Origin: Octopus sinensis
Lineage: Eukaryota
Reading direction: 5' to 3'
Assembly (NCBI RefSeq): GCF_006345805.1
Contig: NC_043010.1
Location: forward strand, 18,042,001 to 18,106,000
Length of the DNA stretch: 64,000 bases
In this document: positions 39,836 through 52,800 of the stretch, piece after piece
Layout: each line of letters opens with the position of its first letter
Numbering within the stretch: position 1 is the stretch's first letter
The notes under the pieces: model-generated
The model's input: only the letters and a program-made list of their open reading frames with translations
Database searches by the model: none
What the model was told of the DNA's origin: nothing
Made by a program: the position numbers and the translations under genes

Positions 39836-42800
39836 GAGTGAGAGAGCAGTACATGCCATCAAAGTGACACTGGGGTAAAATATACAAAGTCCAGTATACC
39901 CATCATGACTACCCGTCTGATAAGGGTACACAAGGCACATGCATCACAACCATATGTGCGCGACATGGTGATCTCATATCAAGATAAACAGCACATAACC
40001 TTGCAGGTGGAGCCCAGTTAGGAATTTTCGTCTGGTCGAATAACCCATTCCGCTCAAAAGGTCCCTGAATAAGGATTGATTAAGGATGTTGAACAAAACA
40101 CCCTTATTTCCAGAGGTGAATTGTTCAAACCCCAAATTATTATTATTATTATTATTATTATTTGATTTGATCAGAGGAATAAAGTGGTGCCATGACCTTT
40201 TCCGGGGCCTCCAAGACTGTGAAAGGAAGCAAGTTACCATCATACTGGTGACCTAGCTCAAATCCTTGTTGCAAAGTGACTCGTCTTGAGTCTTACAATG
40301 CCAGGTGATGACTCTACCAGTCAAGAAGGAAAACAGTTTGCCTGATGACACTCACACAACTGTTTCTGTCTCATAAGGCTGTGGTTGATCCAAAGGCTTA
40401 TGCAGAAAACACATTTCTTTTTCATCATGATTTCTGGTGTCTGGATGCCCAACCACTGTAGCACATACACACACAATCATCATCACCATCACCACCACCA
40501 CCACCATGATCATCATCATCACCACCACCATCATCATCACCACCACCACCACCATCATCATCACCACCACCACCATCATCACCACCACCATCATCATCAC
40601 CATCATCATCATCATCAACATCATCAGTCCTTCAGTTTACTTTTGCTTTCATGTTGCTCCTGCTTGTCTCTTATTTTCTACAATCCTAACTACAACACTA
40701 GTCCACCATCATGTCACTTTCTTATTTCTTTATTGCCCACAGGGGGCCAAACATAGAAGGGACAAACAAGGACAGACAAATGAATTAAGACGGTTACATT
40801 GACTCCAGTGTGTAACTAGTACTTAATTTATCGACCCCGAAAGGATGAAAGGCAAAGTCGACCTCGGCAGAATTTGAACTTAGAACGCAGCGGCAGACGA
40901 TATACCGCAAAGCATTTCGCCCAGCATGCTAACGTTTCTGCCAGCTCCCCACCGCCTATCACTTTCTGTCAAACTGTTGGCCTTCAGCTGGTGGCTCTGC
41001 ATAATAAACCTCCTATTTTTCCCCTATAAGTTTCTCTCTCCTTTTCCCTCTTGTTAAAAGATTCCTTTAGCACTTTTCTGGATCGCTGACTCTTCAATCA
41101 CTCTTAAAACTCCCACATCTTCCTTCCCCAAACTCTCTCAAACCCCTTATTCCATCAAATGTTATTTTGAATTCAGTAATCACTAACTTCTAGGGGCTGC
41201 TGTACATTCTTCAGCAAGGTAACATTTAGCACTGACAGCCAGTCTGTCTGTCCCAGTTTATAGGGGAATTGAAGTTTGCTTGGCTTTTGTACTTGCCTAA
41301 ATGCTTGGTTTTCGGGTATCTGGCTGCTTGCCAGATAAATGATAGTGAGTGAGTGTGTTTGTAATCACCATCATCATCTATTAATGTCTACTAAGGGTCA
41401 TGGGTTGTAGAGGTCAACAAGATCCAACTAGCTAGAGGACTTCACCATTCTCCAATGCCTGCTTTGGTGTGGTTCCTGGAGCTGGGTTCTCTTCCTAATG
41501 TTAACCACTTTACAGAGGTAATATGACAGATACTCATAGTTTATAACTATGATAAATATTACAAAGGATAAGAATCAATGGAAAAGAATATTATGCCCTA
41601 TCCATAAAAATGGTACCAGAGAAGATGCTGGAATCTATTGACCTTTCTCCTGTCCCTCCCTCTAGTTGTATTTTCTGTCTCTCCTATTCTTTCTGCAAAG
41701 TGTCCTGATATTAAAGGAGTTCACTGCTAAAGGCTCTGGACAGTGTCCAAGTCTCATGACTATAGAGCTGAATCATCTTACAAACAATAACTCTGAGCAC
41801 CGTTTCAAACTCCACCTGTCTGATACCCATGGACATGTTTACAAAGTTAGAAAATAGCACAGCTCCCATGACTTTCGGAAACATTTTTTTCATGCTAAGA
41901 GTTGCTGAAGCATGGAACAAACTGCCGGCATCAGTTGTTAGTTGTCGGAGCACTGCATCCATCAAAACTTCCATGCTTCCTGAGATTCGCCAACACTACA
42001 CCTGATTTTCTCTCCTCCATACACACGCAAACATGTATCTGACTCATACACTGTTCGCTTCCCAGACATTTGTACATTACTGCATTATGCTTTATATGCA
42101 CTTTTGACAAATTGTGGTGCACCTGAGCACTGTATACAATAATTTCATTATTATTATTATTATAGGAAGGAGCAGAGAGCTAAAGATCTGAGTCCTTCTG
42201 CACAGATATTGGCAGCACCAAACATCCTTGTCCAATATATCTACAACTACACCAGTTCATCCAGGTTATTTTAGGACTTCAGACTCACAGCTGTTGCTAC
42301 GAATCCTGCCAACGACTCTACTCAGAAACTAGGATAGATCCTGTTTCTTGTGTGATTCGGGAGTACCAGCTCACATTGTTTGGCCATGTTTGCTCAATTT
42401 TCCAAATTGGACCCTGTTTACTGTGTCCTCTTCACTGAGGATCTGGCTGGGTTGACTGCTTGAGTTGATTGACCACATGCTACATGGTCATAGCAGATGA
42501 GAAGGTATCTTGTGGAGACGGGAACTGACTGGGACCCTGCTCAAGGATTCATTCAGGAGGGCTACACAGACATACATATACTGACAACAATGGATACCCC
42601 TCAACCCCAATCTGACCATATTTTTTTCACATAGTGGGGGTTTTTGTTTCTCTCATTTTTCTTATTTATTAACTTATTGTTTCTGTGACACCCATTGCTC
42701 TTATTTTAATTTTAATTAATTTCTACTTTGCTTATAGTCTATTTTAATCACAGACGAGATCTGTCTTATTCTGGACATTATTTACAATGAATGGATATGT

Positions 42801-45800
42801 GTCCTCATCTTGTTTGTTGTTACCACAACGGTTCGGCTGATTCACTCTCCAGCCTTCATCGGGTGTCTGGGTTGAATTTTGAACCCAACCCTGGGTTCTC
42901 ATTCTAAAGATATTTTTTGTTGATATTGTTATTATTATTATCATTATCATTATTTATTTAAGGCATTGCCTGGAATTGAACTCAAAATCTTGGCGTTAGC
43001 CTGTGCTCTTAACCATTATGCTATATGCTTGTGGCCATAACAACAAGATGAAGACACATATCCATCAAATGTAAATAATATACAAGATTCCTCATTTCTA
43101 AAATATAGAACTGTCTTATTCTGTCTGTTTTTATACCTGTTCCTACAATTTTTACTATCCAATGTATATTTCTAATCTTTATTCCACTCACTAGTATTTA
43201 TATACATTTCTCTTAGTTTAAAAAATAGTTGCCCAATTAGCTTCAAATGTTTATTTGATGAGCTGGTAATTATAAATACTCATAAATTATTGCATTGTTC
43301 TCAATACTCATGGATCTCTGACAAACAGTGATGCGAAACTCTGAGTAACAGTGGAAGTTTTCTCTTAACAGTATCTAGTTTAGGGAATCACTATGTGGTC
43401 TCTTGACCTGCTAGAAATAGGACTCAAATCATCTTTGAATTACACCCTGTAGTCTTTCAGAAAGGGAAGATGCATTGAATAACGTAATCCTAGAGACTGT
43501 GTCTGTAAAATGATTGGGTGATCATAGTGAAAAGATTTATAAGTATTTGAGGTAGTTTATTCGGAAGAGCTTGAGACTGGAGATTTGAGTCTCCATATTT
43601 TGGCTTCTTGTAGTTCTGTGTATTTTTTCTTGATGTTCTCCACATTCTTTTTTTTTTTTTGTGAAATGTGATTTAGGGAAATATGGGATATATTTTGTAT
43701 AGTTGTTTTTGGTGAATTTGACTTCTCTACACGATCCTTTCATAGATGTCTGAAAATACCAGCATTCAGTGAAACTGAACCTTAAATCCCATGCAATTAA
43801 TTAATTATACCCAAAATGGAGTAAAGATTATTTGCCAACATAACATGGCAGTCCTGGTTTAGGTAAATGTTGCTGTAATTTAGCTCCAGGAGACATCGTC
43901 TCCAGCTGGCTATACGACACAATCTGTGTCCTTATATTTTCAAACAAGGGAATCCATCACCCGCCACTCAGCTCAAAACAATATCTGTGAGTACCAGATT
44001 TTTGCAGAGTTTTGATTCCCTTGTTTGAAAATATAAGGACACAGATCGTGTTGTATAACCAGCTGGAGATGATGTCTCTTGGGGCTAAATTTCAGCAACA
44101 TTCGTCCTAAACCAGGACTGCCATGTTATGTTGGCAAACAACCTTTACTCCAAAGTACTGTTGCTGAATATCTCATGTTGTGAGATTTGAAAATAGTAAT
44201 TTTCTACACCCAAAATGTTTAAAACACTTACAATTCCATATTTTCAAATTTTTCTCTGGAATACATTAAATATAAATCATTGAAGATTCTAGAAATAATC
44301 CATTTTTTTTTGTCTTTTGTTTTATAGTGTAGGAGGAGGGTGCAGGTTTTATTTAACTTTTAAATTACTGTGTGCTTATTTCCACTTTCTCTTTTTTGTC
44401 TTTTTTCATCAGCGAAATAATCCCTACATTCTTGTAATGCTAAACAATGGTACGAGGGAGTATGACCACATGAAGTAAGTCCCAACTTATTCTTTTTTTG
44501 AGTGTGATCTTTACATTGTTTTTACTTTCACTTTTCTCTACTGGCTTGGATTGGGTATCACCACAGACTAAATCCATTCATATTCAGTTATCCGAAAATT
44601 TTATTCGTAATTCTCCAAAGATTTTCTTCTGAAGATTAGTAACTAAAAAAAAACAGTTTTATTTCCTGTTTCACTGCGCATGATCAACAGTATTCGAGAT
44701 ACTAGGTACTCAGTACACGTCTTCCATTAACACAGAGTCGTATCTTCATCAAAGCGACAATGTGAAGAATAGCATGTCTGACACAGCCCAACAGGACTCA
44801 CAATGCAGGAATCTTTGTAGAAGCGTCAACCTAAGCACATATTTGCAACCATCAATGGTGACATATAGAACTTGTTATGCTTATAAACATGGCTTTAAAT
44901 GGATTGGCCGACCAGAACAACTCAGCACGTAAGAAATATGCATCAGTTCTGATGTTTCAATTAACACAGACTAAAATTTGGAATTTGGACTAGGAAAGAT
45001 GGTCTACCATAACATATAAGTAATTCTATTTTTGGTATGTTTATTTGATGAGCTGGTAATTATAAATACTCATTAATTATTGCATTGTTCTCAGTACTCG
45101 TGGATCTCTGACAAACAGGAAAGGTATCATGGTAAGATACCTTTCTTGTTGCCAACTATTTTGTAAAGTGTCCAGAGAATTGTAACGTCGTACAAACACC
45201 AGGCATTTTTGTGTCCTCAGTAAGAATAAAGACTCCTCTGCATCTTATGCTGATTCTTTTCCTTTGTTCACCGGTGCCAGAGAATGAGAGAGAAGAAATT
45301 GGTGAAAATGAACCGGAATGATAGAAGAGAGAGAGAGGAGAATAAAGGAAGAGAGCAATCAACTGTGATATGATGCTCGTTAATGAGGGAACTCAATAGA
45401 ATCAGCATAAAAGGTGTGATTGGTTAAAAGACAATGATAACAGGGAGATGAGAGTGATAGAAGAGGGAGTAATGGATGTGAGAGGTTGATAGGAGAAATA
45501 GTGTTAGTGAGAGTTATAGTGATGAGTAGCAATGAAGGTACTTAATGGCAAAAGAAGGGGAAATAGTTAGGTATGAACACAAGCTTAGCTAGATGGAGGA
45601 GAATAGAGGTGTGGTGCATAGGTTGAGGTGGAAGTGTTCAAGAGCTTGGAGGCCTTTGGTGTTGAGGGATGATAGTGTAAAGAGAGGGAATATCCAGGGT
45701 GAAAATGAGGCAGGAGGGGGTCGAGGGAAAAGGAGAAGATAAAGTGGTGGAGAGCATGGTTGGTGTCCAGAAGGTCTTGGTGGGGGAGGAGAAGATAAAG

Positions 45801-46876
45801 TGGTTGAAGAGCAGGCAAATATCAGTGACATCTCTGGACATGTTTTGGTCTGAACATATTCTCTCAGCAGCTTCAACATTCTTGCTAGATTAGTGATCAA
45901 ATTATCATCATCATCATTGTTCAACGTCCGTTTTCCATGCTGTCATTGGTTGGACGATTTGACTGAGGTCTGGAAAGCCAGTGGCTGCACCAGGCTCCAA
46001 TCTGATCTGGTATGCCCTTCCTAACGCCAACCACTCTGAGAGTGTAGTGGGTGCTTTTTACGTGCCAGCGGCACAGGAGCTAGTCAGGCGGGCCTGGCAT
46101 CAATCACGTTTGGATAGTGCTTTTTACATGCCACCGGCACAAGAGCCAGTCAGCAGGTACTGGCATCGGCCACAATCGGTTGGTGCTTTTTACATGCCAC
46201 CGGCATGGGAGCTTTATCTTCTCCTCCCCAACCCCATCTGGACACCAACCATACTCTCCACCTCTTTATCTTCACTAGTAATAATTGCATAGGCATCAAT
46301 CATTATCAATAATTATCATGACTGATGGAAATGATGAGTTTCATAATTCTTTTTTTCTCTGCAAAGTATTGATCATCATCATCATCATAACCTATAACAG
46401 TAATGTAGGTTGATTAATAACTCTTTCTCTCTCTCCCTACAGTGATGGACACGACCAACAACTGGGTGGATGTCTTAGAGATTTCCGCAACAAACCTTTT
46501 CCGCTAAAGGCCAGAGTGGAATATTATAAAAACTCACTCACAGTAAGTATTTCACAGATGCTAGTGAAGTAGTGTATGTATGAGGACAAATGTATGTGTT
46601 TGTGGTTATGGGCTTCTGTCTGTTTGGCGTGTGTGTGTGTGTGTGTGTATGTTTCTCTGCATCTGGCCTTGTGCACGTGTGTGTACTTAACATTGCACAA
46701 GGGTCTGAAAACTGAGGACTTGTGTCAGGAAAATCCGATTAGCCTTTGTCAAGGGGAATAAGACTTGCATTACCAGAGCAGACGGCGCGAGTCAAGGGAA
46801 GGAATACCTGTTAACTATATTGTTCAAGGGAGGTAAGCCTTGATGGCAAGAAAGTCAAGTTAAATAAGAATTGTGT

Positions 46877-46910
<34 letters not shown>

Positions 46911-49865
46911 TATGCGCAAATACATGTTGCTTGTACTAAAAAGACCTACGCACAAGAAAATGCATCCTGAACCAAATAGAAAACGGACGTTAAACGATGA
47001 TGATAATGCTTAAAGAAATATATGCACGTATAAACACCAGATAACCACTGTTTCATGTCATTTGTATATGAGATTGATACAAGTATATACCTAAGGCGGC
47101 GAGCTGGCAGAAACGTTAGCACGCCGGGCGAAATGCGTAGCCGTATTTCGTCTGCCGTTGTGTTCTGAGTTCAAATTCCGCCGAGGTTGACTTTGCCTTT
47201 CATCCTTTCGGGGTCGATAAATTAAGTACCAGTTACGCACTGGGGGTCGATATAATCGACTTAATCCGTTTGTCTGTCCTTGTTTGTCCTCTCTGTGTTT
47301 GGCCCCTTGTGGGTTGTCAAGAAATAGGTTTGTGGTATTTGTCAGTGGTTTATTGCTGTGGTATAATGTTATCTTCTAGTGCTATGTATACAGGACATGA
47401 TTTAATACACTGTTAGCAAACAGAAGTTCCTTCTGTTTAACCCTTTCGCATTCAGATTATTTTGTCAAATGTAATACTTATTCCCATTGTTTTAAATTAA
47501 TCCTGCATTGTCTCATCACTTGAAGATTTTGATTATATGATTGTTTGTTTTCATTACGACATTGCAAGGTAGGTATAAGAGGCTGTATCTTGCTTGTTTG
47601 AACATAGAACAAGTAGAATTTGGAGCTGGGGCCACTCTCCTGTTCTAAGTGTTTGCTGTCACTGATATCCGCAAATAATTGTTGTTGTCACACTACGGCA
47701 GAAATTGAATTCACCTCAATAGACGTCATTGATTGGTTGAAATTGCCGAAATGCAAGAAATTAAACCACAAATAGCTTACAAACTACAGAATTTTCTCAA
47801 GAAAGCCAAGAGAAAAAGATGTTTTATGTAACACATTCTACCAGTATACGAAGTTTAAAATTTTTAGTTACAAAAAAATTATTTTAAAAATCTGCCGGTC
47901 AAAGTGAAAAGATCCAATTTACACAGCTGTCAACACGTGTCTGTTGTTATTTAATGTCTCTACTTGATAGGGACCCCACTCCCGCCTTCACCCTATTTCC
48001 TCTTCTTCTAATGTCAATTGTGTTTCATTAACTACAGGTGTTTATTCACAATGGGATGTCCAGTAACCAGAATGAATACGAACTGTGTCTGCGTGCAGAG
48101 GGCATCCACCTTCCTAAGAATGGATTCTTTGGGGTGACGGCTGCAACAGGCGGATTGGCAGGTGATGTTACAGTCTACTCTGTTATCTTAACTATGTAAT
48201 GTGTTGTGCTTAGTTTTTGTGTGTTTAAATGATATTTCTGGTTGTGTGCGTTGTGTGTCTTCTTGTCTAAATCTGTGTATTTGTGTGGAGGTAATGTATC
48301 TGGTTTGGCATGTGGTTCTGTATGCAACACTCGTTTGCAGATGTAATGTTGTGTGTGTGTGTGTGTGTGTGTGTGTGCATTCGGTTTAGTGTGCATGTCT
48401 GTCAGTTATGTGTTATGTTTTACTTAGGTGTGTATATATATATATGAATACATATTTTAGTCCGTATTAATGTGCATAACGTAATACAAATATCGTGTGT
48501 GTGTGTGTTTGTGTAGTCAGTCCATTCAAAGACAACTATTGTCATTAATGAAGGTCTTCTATTTAATAATTTCTTCAGATGACCACGATGTAATGGCGTT
48601 CTTGACTCATTCCATGCATGCTCCAGCTGACCAGGTATGTCACACACATTTCCGTTCTAATCTAAACCTTTTACATTATTTTGTCACAAACCATAGACGA
48701 ACCAATTGTGTTTCAACAATGACTGCACCATTTTGTTAGATTTAGCAGAGACGAGGGCCAAACAATTGAGATCTCTTGGTCGTGTGATGAGAAGAGAGGG
48801 CCTGGAGAATTTAGTGATGACAGGAAAGATTAAAGGGAAAAGAAGCAGAGGAAGGAGAAGGATGATGTGGATGTCAAGCTTGATGAACTGGTTGGAAGAA
48901 GAGAGACATTGACCATCAGGAAGTGGAACTGTTACGGAAAACAAAGAACAGAGAATTATGACAGGACATGACTGTCTATGCCCTACATTCTGGACAGGGC
49001 GCCTAAAGAAAGAAATAACCATAGATTGCTTCTTTTTGCCACTCTCCTCTTCCATATGTATCACTTGGCTATACTTACAAAGTCTTCTCTCTTGCACATC
49101 TGATGCCTGTTATGCCCAGTTTTTCTCTCAACACATTTGATCTATCTCCTACTGGTATTCATAATAGGGAAACATGGTGAATAATTATTGGTGTATGTGT
49201 GTGTGTGTAAGCAATGTACTCTGATTTGTGGTAGGAAGGAAGTCTTATGGAAATAGGAATTAGGGTAGGCTTTACAAACCTGGGCCTCAAGATTGAAATA
49301 ACAACACTGTTAGTACCTATGCACAGATTTTATCCCTTTTAGTCCATTCTAGCTTGGAAAATTGAATATTATGATAATGAGGATTGTAACCAGCATCATG
49401 TTATACAAAGTAAGAACATGTTGGAAAAATAAAGGATGAAGACCACTCAACTACAAAATATTTATAACTTAGACAATCAACATAAAATTGATGTAATGGG
49501 GTGGGGAGTGGCAAGTATCTTTGCACAATTTGGTGAAATGAATTTTGTTGTGGCCATGTGAAGAAGATATTTCCTTATTAGTCCTTCCAATAATGTTCCT
49601 AAATCCATTAGTCTGACATCTTAAGGTAATCACAATCTCATTTTATAAATTAAACTATTGCAACGATGTGTTATCCAAACATTCTTCAACAAATTGTGAA
49701 TAAGTGCAGGAGTGGCTGTGTGGTAAGAAGCTTGCTTCCCAACCACATGGTTGTGGGTTCAGTCCCATTGCATGGCACCTTGGGCAAGTGTCTTCTACTA
49801 TAGCCTTGGGCTGACTATAGCCTTGTGAGTGGACTCGGTAGATGGAAACTGAAAGAAGCCCATCG

Positions 49866-49898
<33 letters not shown>

Positions 49899-52800
49899 GA
49901 ATGTTTGTTTGTGTGTCTGTGTTTGTCCCTCCACCATTGCTTGACAACTGATGGTGGCATGTCTATGTCCCCATAACTTAGCGTTTCGGTAAAAGAGACT
50001 GATAGAATAAGTACTAGGCTTACAAAGAATAAGTCTTGTAGTTGATTTGTTCAACTAAAGGCAGTGCTCCAGGATGGCCGCAGTCAAATGACTGAAACAA
50101 ATAAAAGAATATACATATGTATTTGTGTGTCTGTGTTTGTCCTCCCCCCAACATTGTTTGACAACCGATGTTGGTGTATTTATGTCCCGGTAACTTAGCA
50201 CTTCAGCAAAAGAGACCGATAGAATAAGTACAAGGCTTACAAAGAATAAGTCCTGGGGTCGATTTGTTTGGCTAGAAGTGGTGCTCCAGCATGGCTGCAG
50301 TCAAAATGACTGAAACAAATAAAAGTCTCTTGACAATAATCTTGTAACTGATTTCAACACTAGATTTAGAATACTATAATAGTAAATCATAAATTTTTAA
50401 TGATATATTTTTAGCCTGTGATGTATCTGTGCACTTAATTTAGGTTTGTATTTTGCTTTTCTTTTTTTTGCAAGTTTCCTTAGTTTTTCTTCTCAGCTCA
50501 ATGAGTATTTGGCCGTCATTTATCTTGTTTCAGATGGACACAGGCACAAAAGTGTCAGAAGACGAGAAAAAGAAACTTGATGAAGAATTCAAAGAGTATT
50601 ACAAGAAACTTGAACAAGCCAAAGAAGAGTGAGTATTGTTGAGGGCAGCAGTAAGACTGCAGATGTTGTTGGTCAAGCTCAGCCTTGATTGTGCCAAATT
50701 CTGACCAAAGATACTCCATTCTGATATCTTTGACTACTTTGACTATAGTGCCCAATGTGTCATTCCTGTTTCAAAGCAGTGGGTGTGATTTTAAGGAATA
50801 TACTGCTGTTTTTAGCTAGTCAAGTAAGCATGTAAAAGGTAGAGCAGCCTTCATTGAACTATTGTTCAATGTATCTTTCTTGAAGATAACAGGATGTCAT
50901 TTTAAAAGATATTTAGCTGCTATTTCCACCAACTCAAGCAATTGATCAGATCATCAGTGGTTCTTGATTAGGGTCCACATAATATTTTTCTTATTAAAGC
51001 TTACAATAAATTGGTTATAGATATTTCCACAATGCACAAAATATTTCAACAATTCTCTTTTATAGAATTCCTGATAATATAATAAGAGGATTTTTTAAAC
51101 ATTGAATGATTATGAGGGTCCTTGAGAGCAAAATGGGAATGAAAGGGGTCCATGGATCAAAAAAATGGTTGAGAAACACTGGGTTAGAGACTCTATTTTG
51201 TGTGTATCCGATGTTAAGCCCCAGGTCTTCATTTATTTAGCTGACCTAAGACATACCATCCATGACTACCAGGTCTCTTTTCTCCAGATGTAGTAGCATC
51301 CAGGGCTTTATCAGAAAATGTGTCCTTCCTTTTTAAAGACACTAATGTGTAATTTGAAGGACATTTGACTACTGTTTCTAGTAGGCTGATGTGAATGTGT
51401 GTGATTATTTCGCTGTGGTGCTTTACTTTTCCAAAGATTTAATATTTTTACTTTTAGATTCATCCACCACATGAATTAATCTTTCAGTTCCTACATGTGA
51501 TGTTATATTGTTAATGTAGGTTGTTGCATTGTGGCTTTCATCATTTCACCTGCATGCATTCATGACCATCCCATCTACTCATGGATTATAACAAAACTAA
51601 CTTATCCAGTATAGCTTTCTATATTTAGGAAAGTAGTGTGGAGTTTGAATATTTGGCTGCTATTTTTAGCTTGTCAACTGACTACATAAAGGATTCATTA
51701 TTGGCTTGTGGATGTATTTGTTGTTATTCAATCAGTCATGATTGAACATGGCACTCCAACCATAGCCATCCCATTCTTCAGATAGATTATCTCAGGCTAG
51801 ATTAATATGCTTTGTTCCCCCTTTTTTCATTAAAGACAGTAGAGGATGATAGGAGGGAAGTTTGAATGCTATTTCTAGCAGGTCCAGCAATAGTTTAGTG
51901 GCTCCTTTGTTACTGTTCCAATCAGCAGTATAGAGTTCACTTCTGGATATTTCTAAAATATATTTCAAGCTCCACCCCTCTTTTCACCACCCACTGCATA
52001 CCCTCTCCTTGCAATCTCCCATTCTCCTTTCTCGTCTCTGAACCACCTGCTCACCCTGTCCAATCCATTCTACCATTTATATTCAACATCCACCTCACAC
52101 GATACAGCATCTGCCCCACACAACAACATCCACCCCACACGACACAGCATCTGCCCCATGCGACACAACATCCACCCCACATGACAACATCCACCCCACA
52201 CGACAACATCCACCCCACACGACAACATCCACCCCACACGACAACATCCACCCCACACGACAACATCCACCCCACACGACAACATCCACCCCATACACAG
52301 CATCAGCCCAACGTGACACAACATTCACCCCACATGACACAGCATCCACCCCATGCAACATAACCTCCACCCCACACACTGCCATAAATTTACATCTCTC
52401 TCTCTTTTCTTGTTTCAGTTTTAAAAAAGAAAATCCAGACAAAGCAAAGGACGAATATGACATTGATGTGGATAAATGGGTGAGTATGGTGTGGTGGTGG
52501 CATGTGCTGGTTGATGTGTAACTCTGGACCATCCTAATTGAACGGATGACCTGTATATTGTGTACATGACTGGTTGAACAACCAAATGCAATATTCACGT
52601 CCAATATCTCCTGCACCCATCCTTCACACAATGATAGGGGTTTAACCCTTTCGTTACCAACCCGGCTGAAACCAGCTCTGGCTCCGTGGTAAAATGTTTT
52701 GTTTTCATAAGTTTTGAATAAAAATCTTCTACCAAACCTTAGTCACAATTTATGTTCCTAACACTATCTTAATTATAACTAAGTTATTTTACTAAATTCT

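Noticed and set aside
40385-40802. Poly-His and poly-Thr/Ile ORFs
   Set aside because: Translation of a (CAC/CAT)n microsatellite within an LMAN1 intron; no splice or coding context.
47093-47185. tRNA-like heads of SINE families A and B as tRNA genes
   Set aside because: A/B-box-like motifs are present, but there is no complete cloverleaf and they continue into SINE bodies.
52051-52631. Cys/Gly/Trp-rich repeat ORFs on the minus strand
   Set aside because: Translation of the 19-bp minisatellite; antisense to a real LMAN1 exon.
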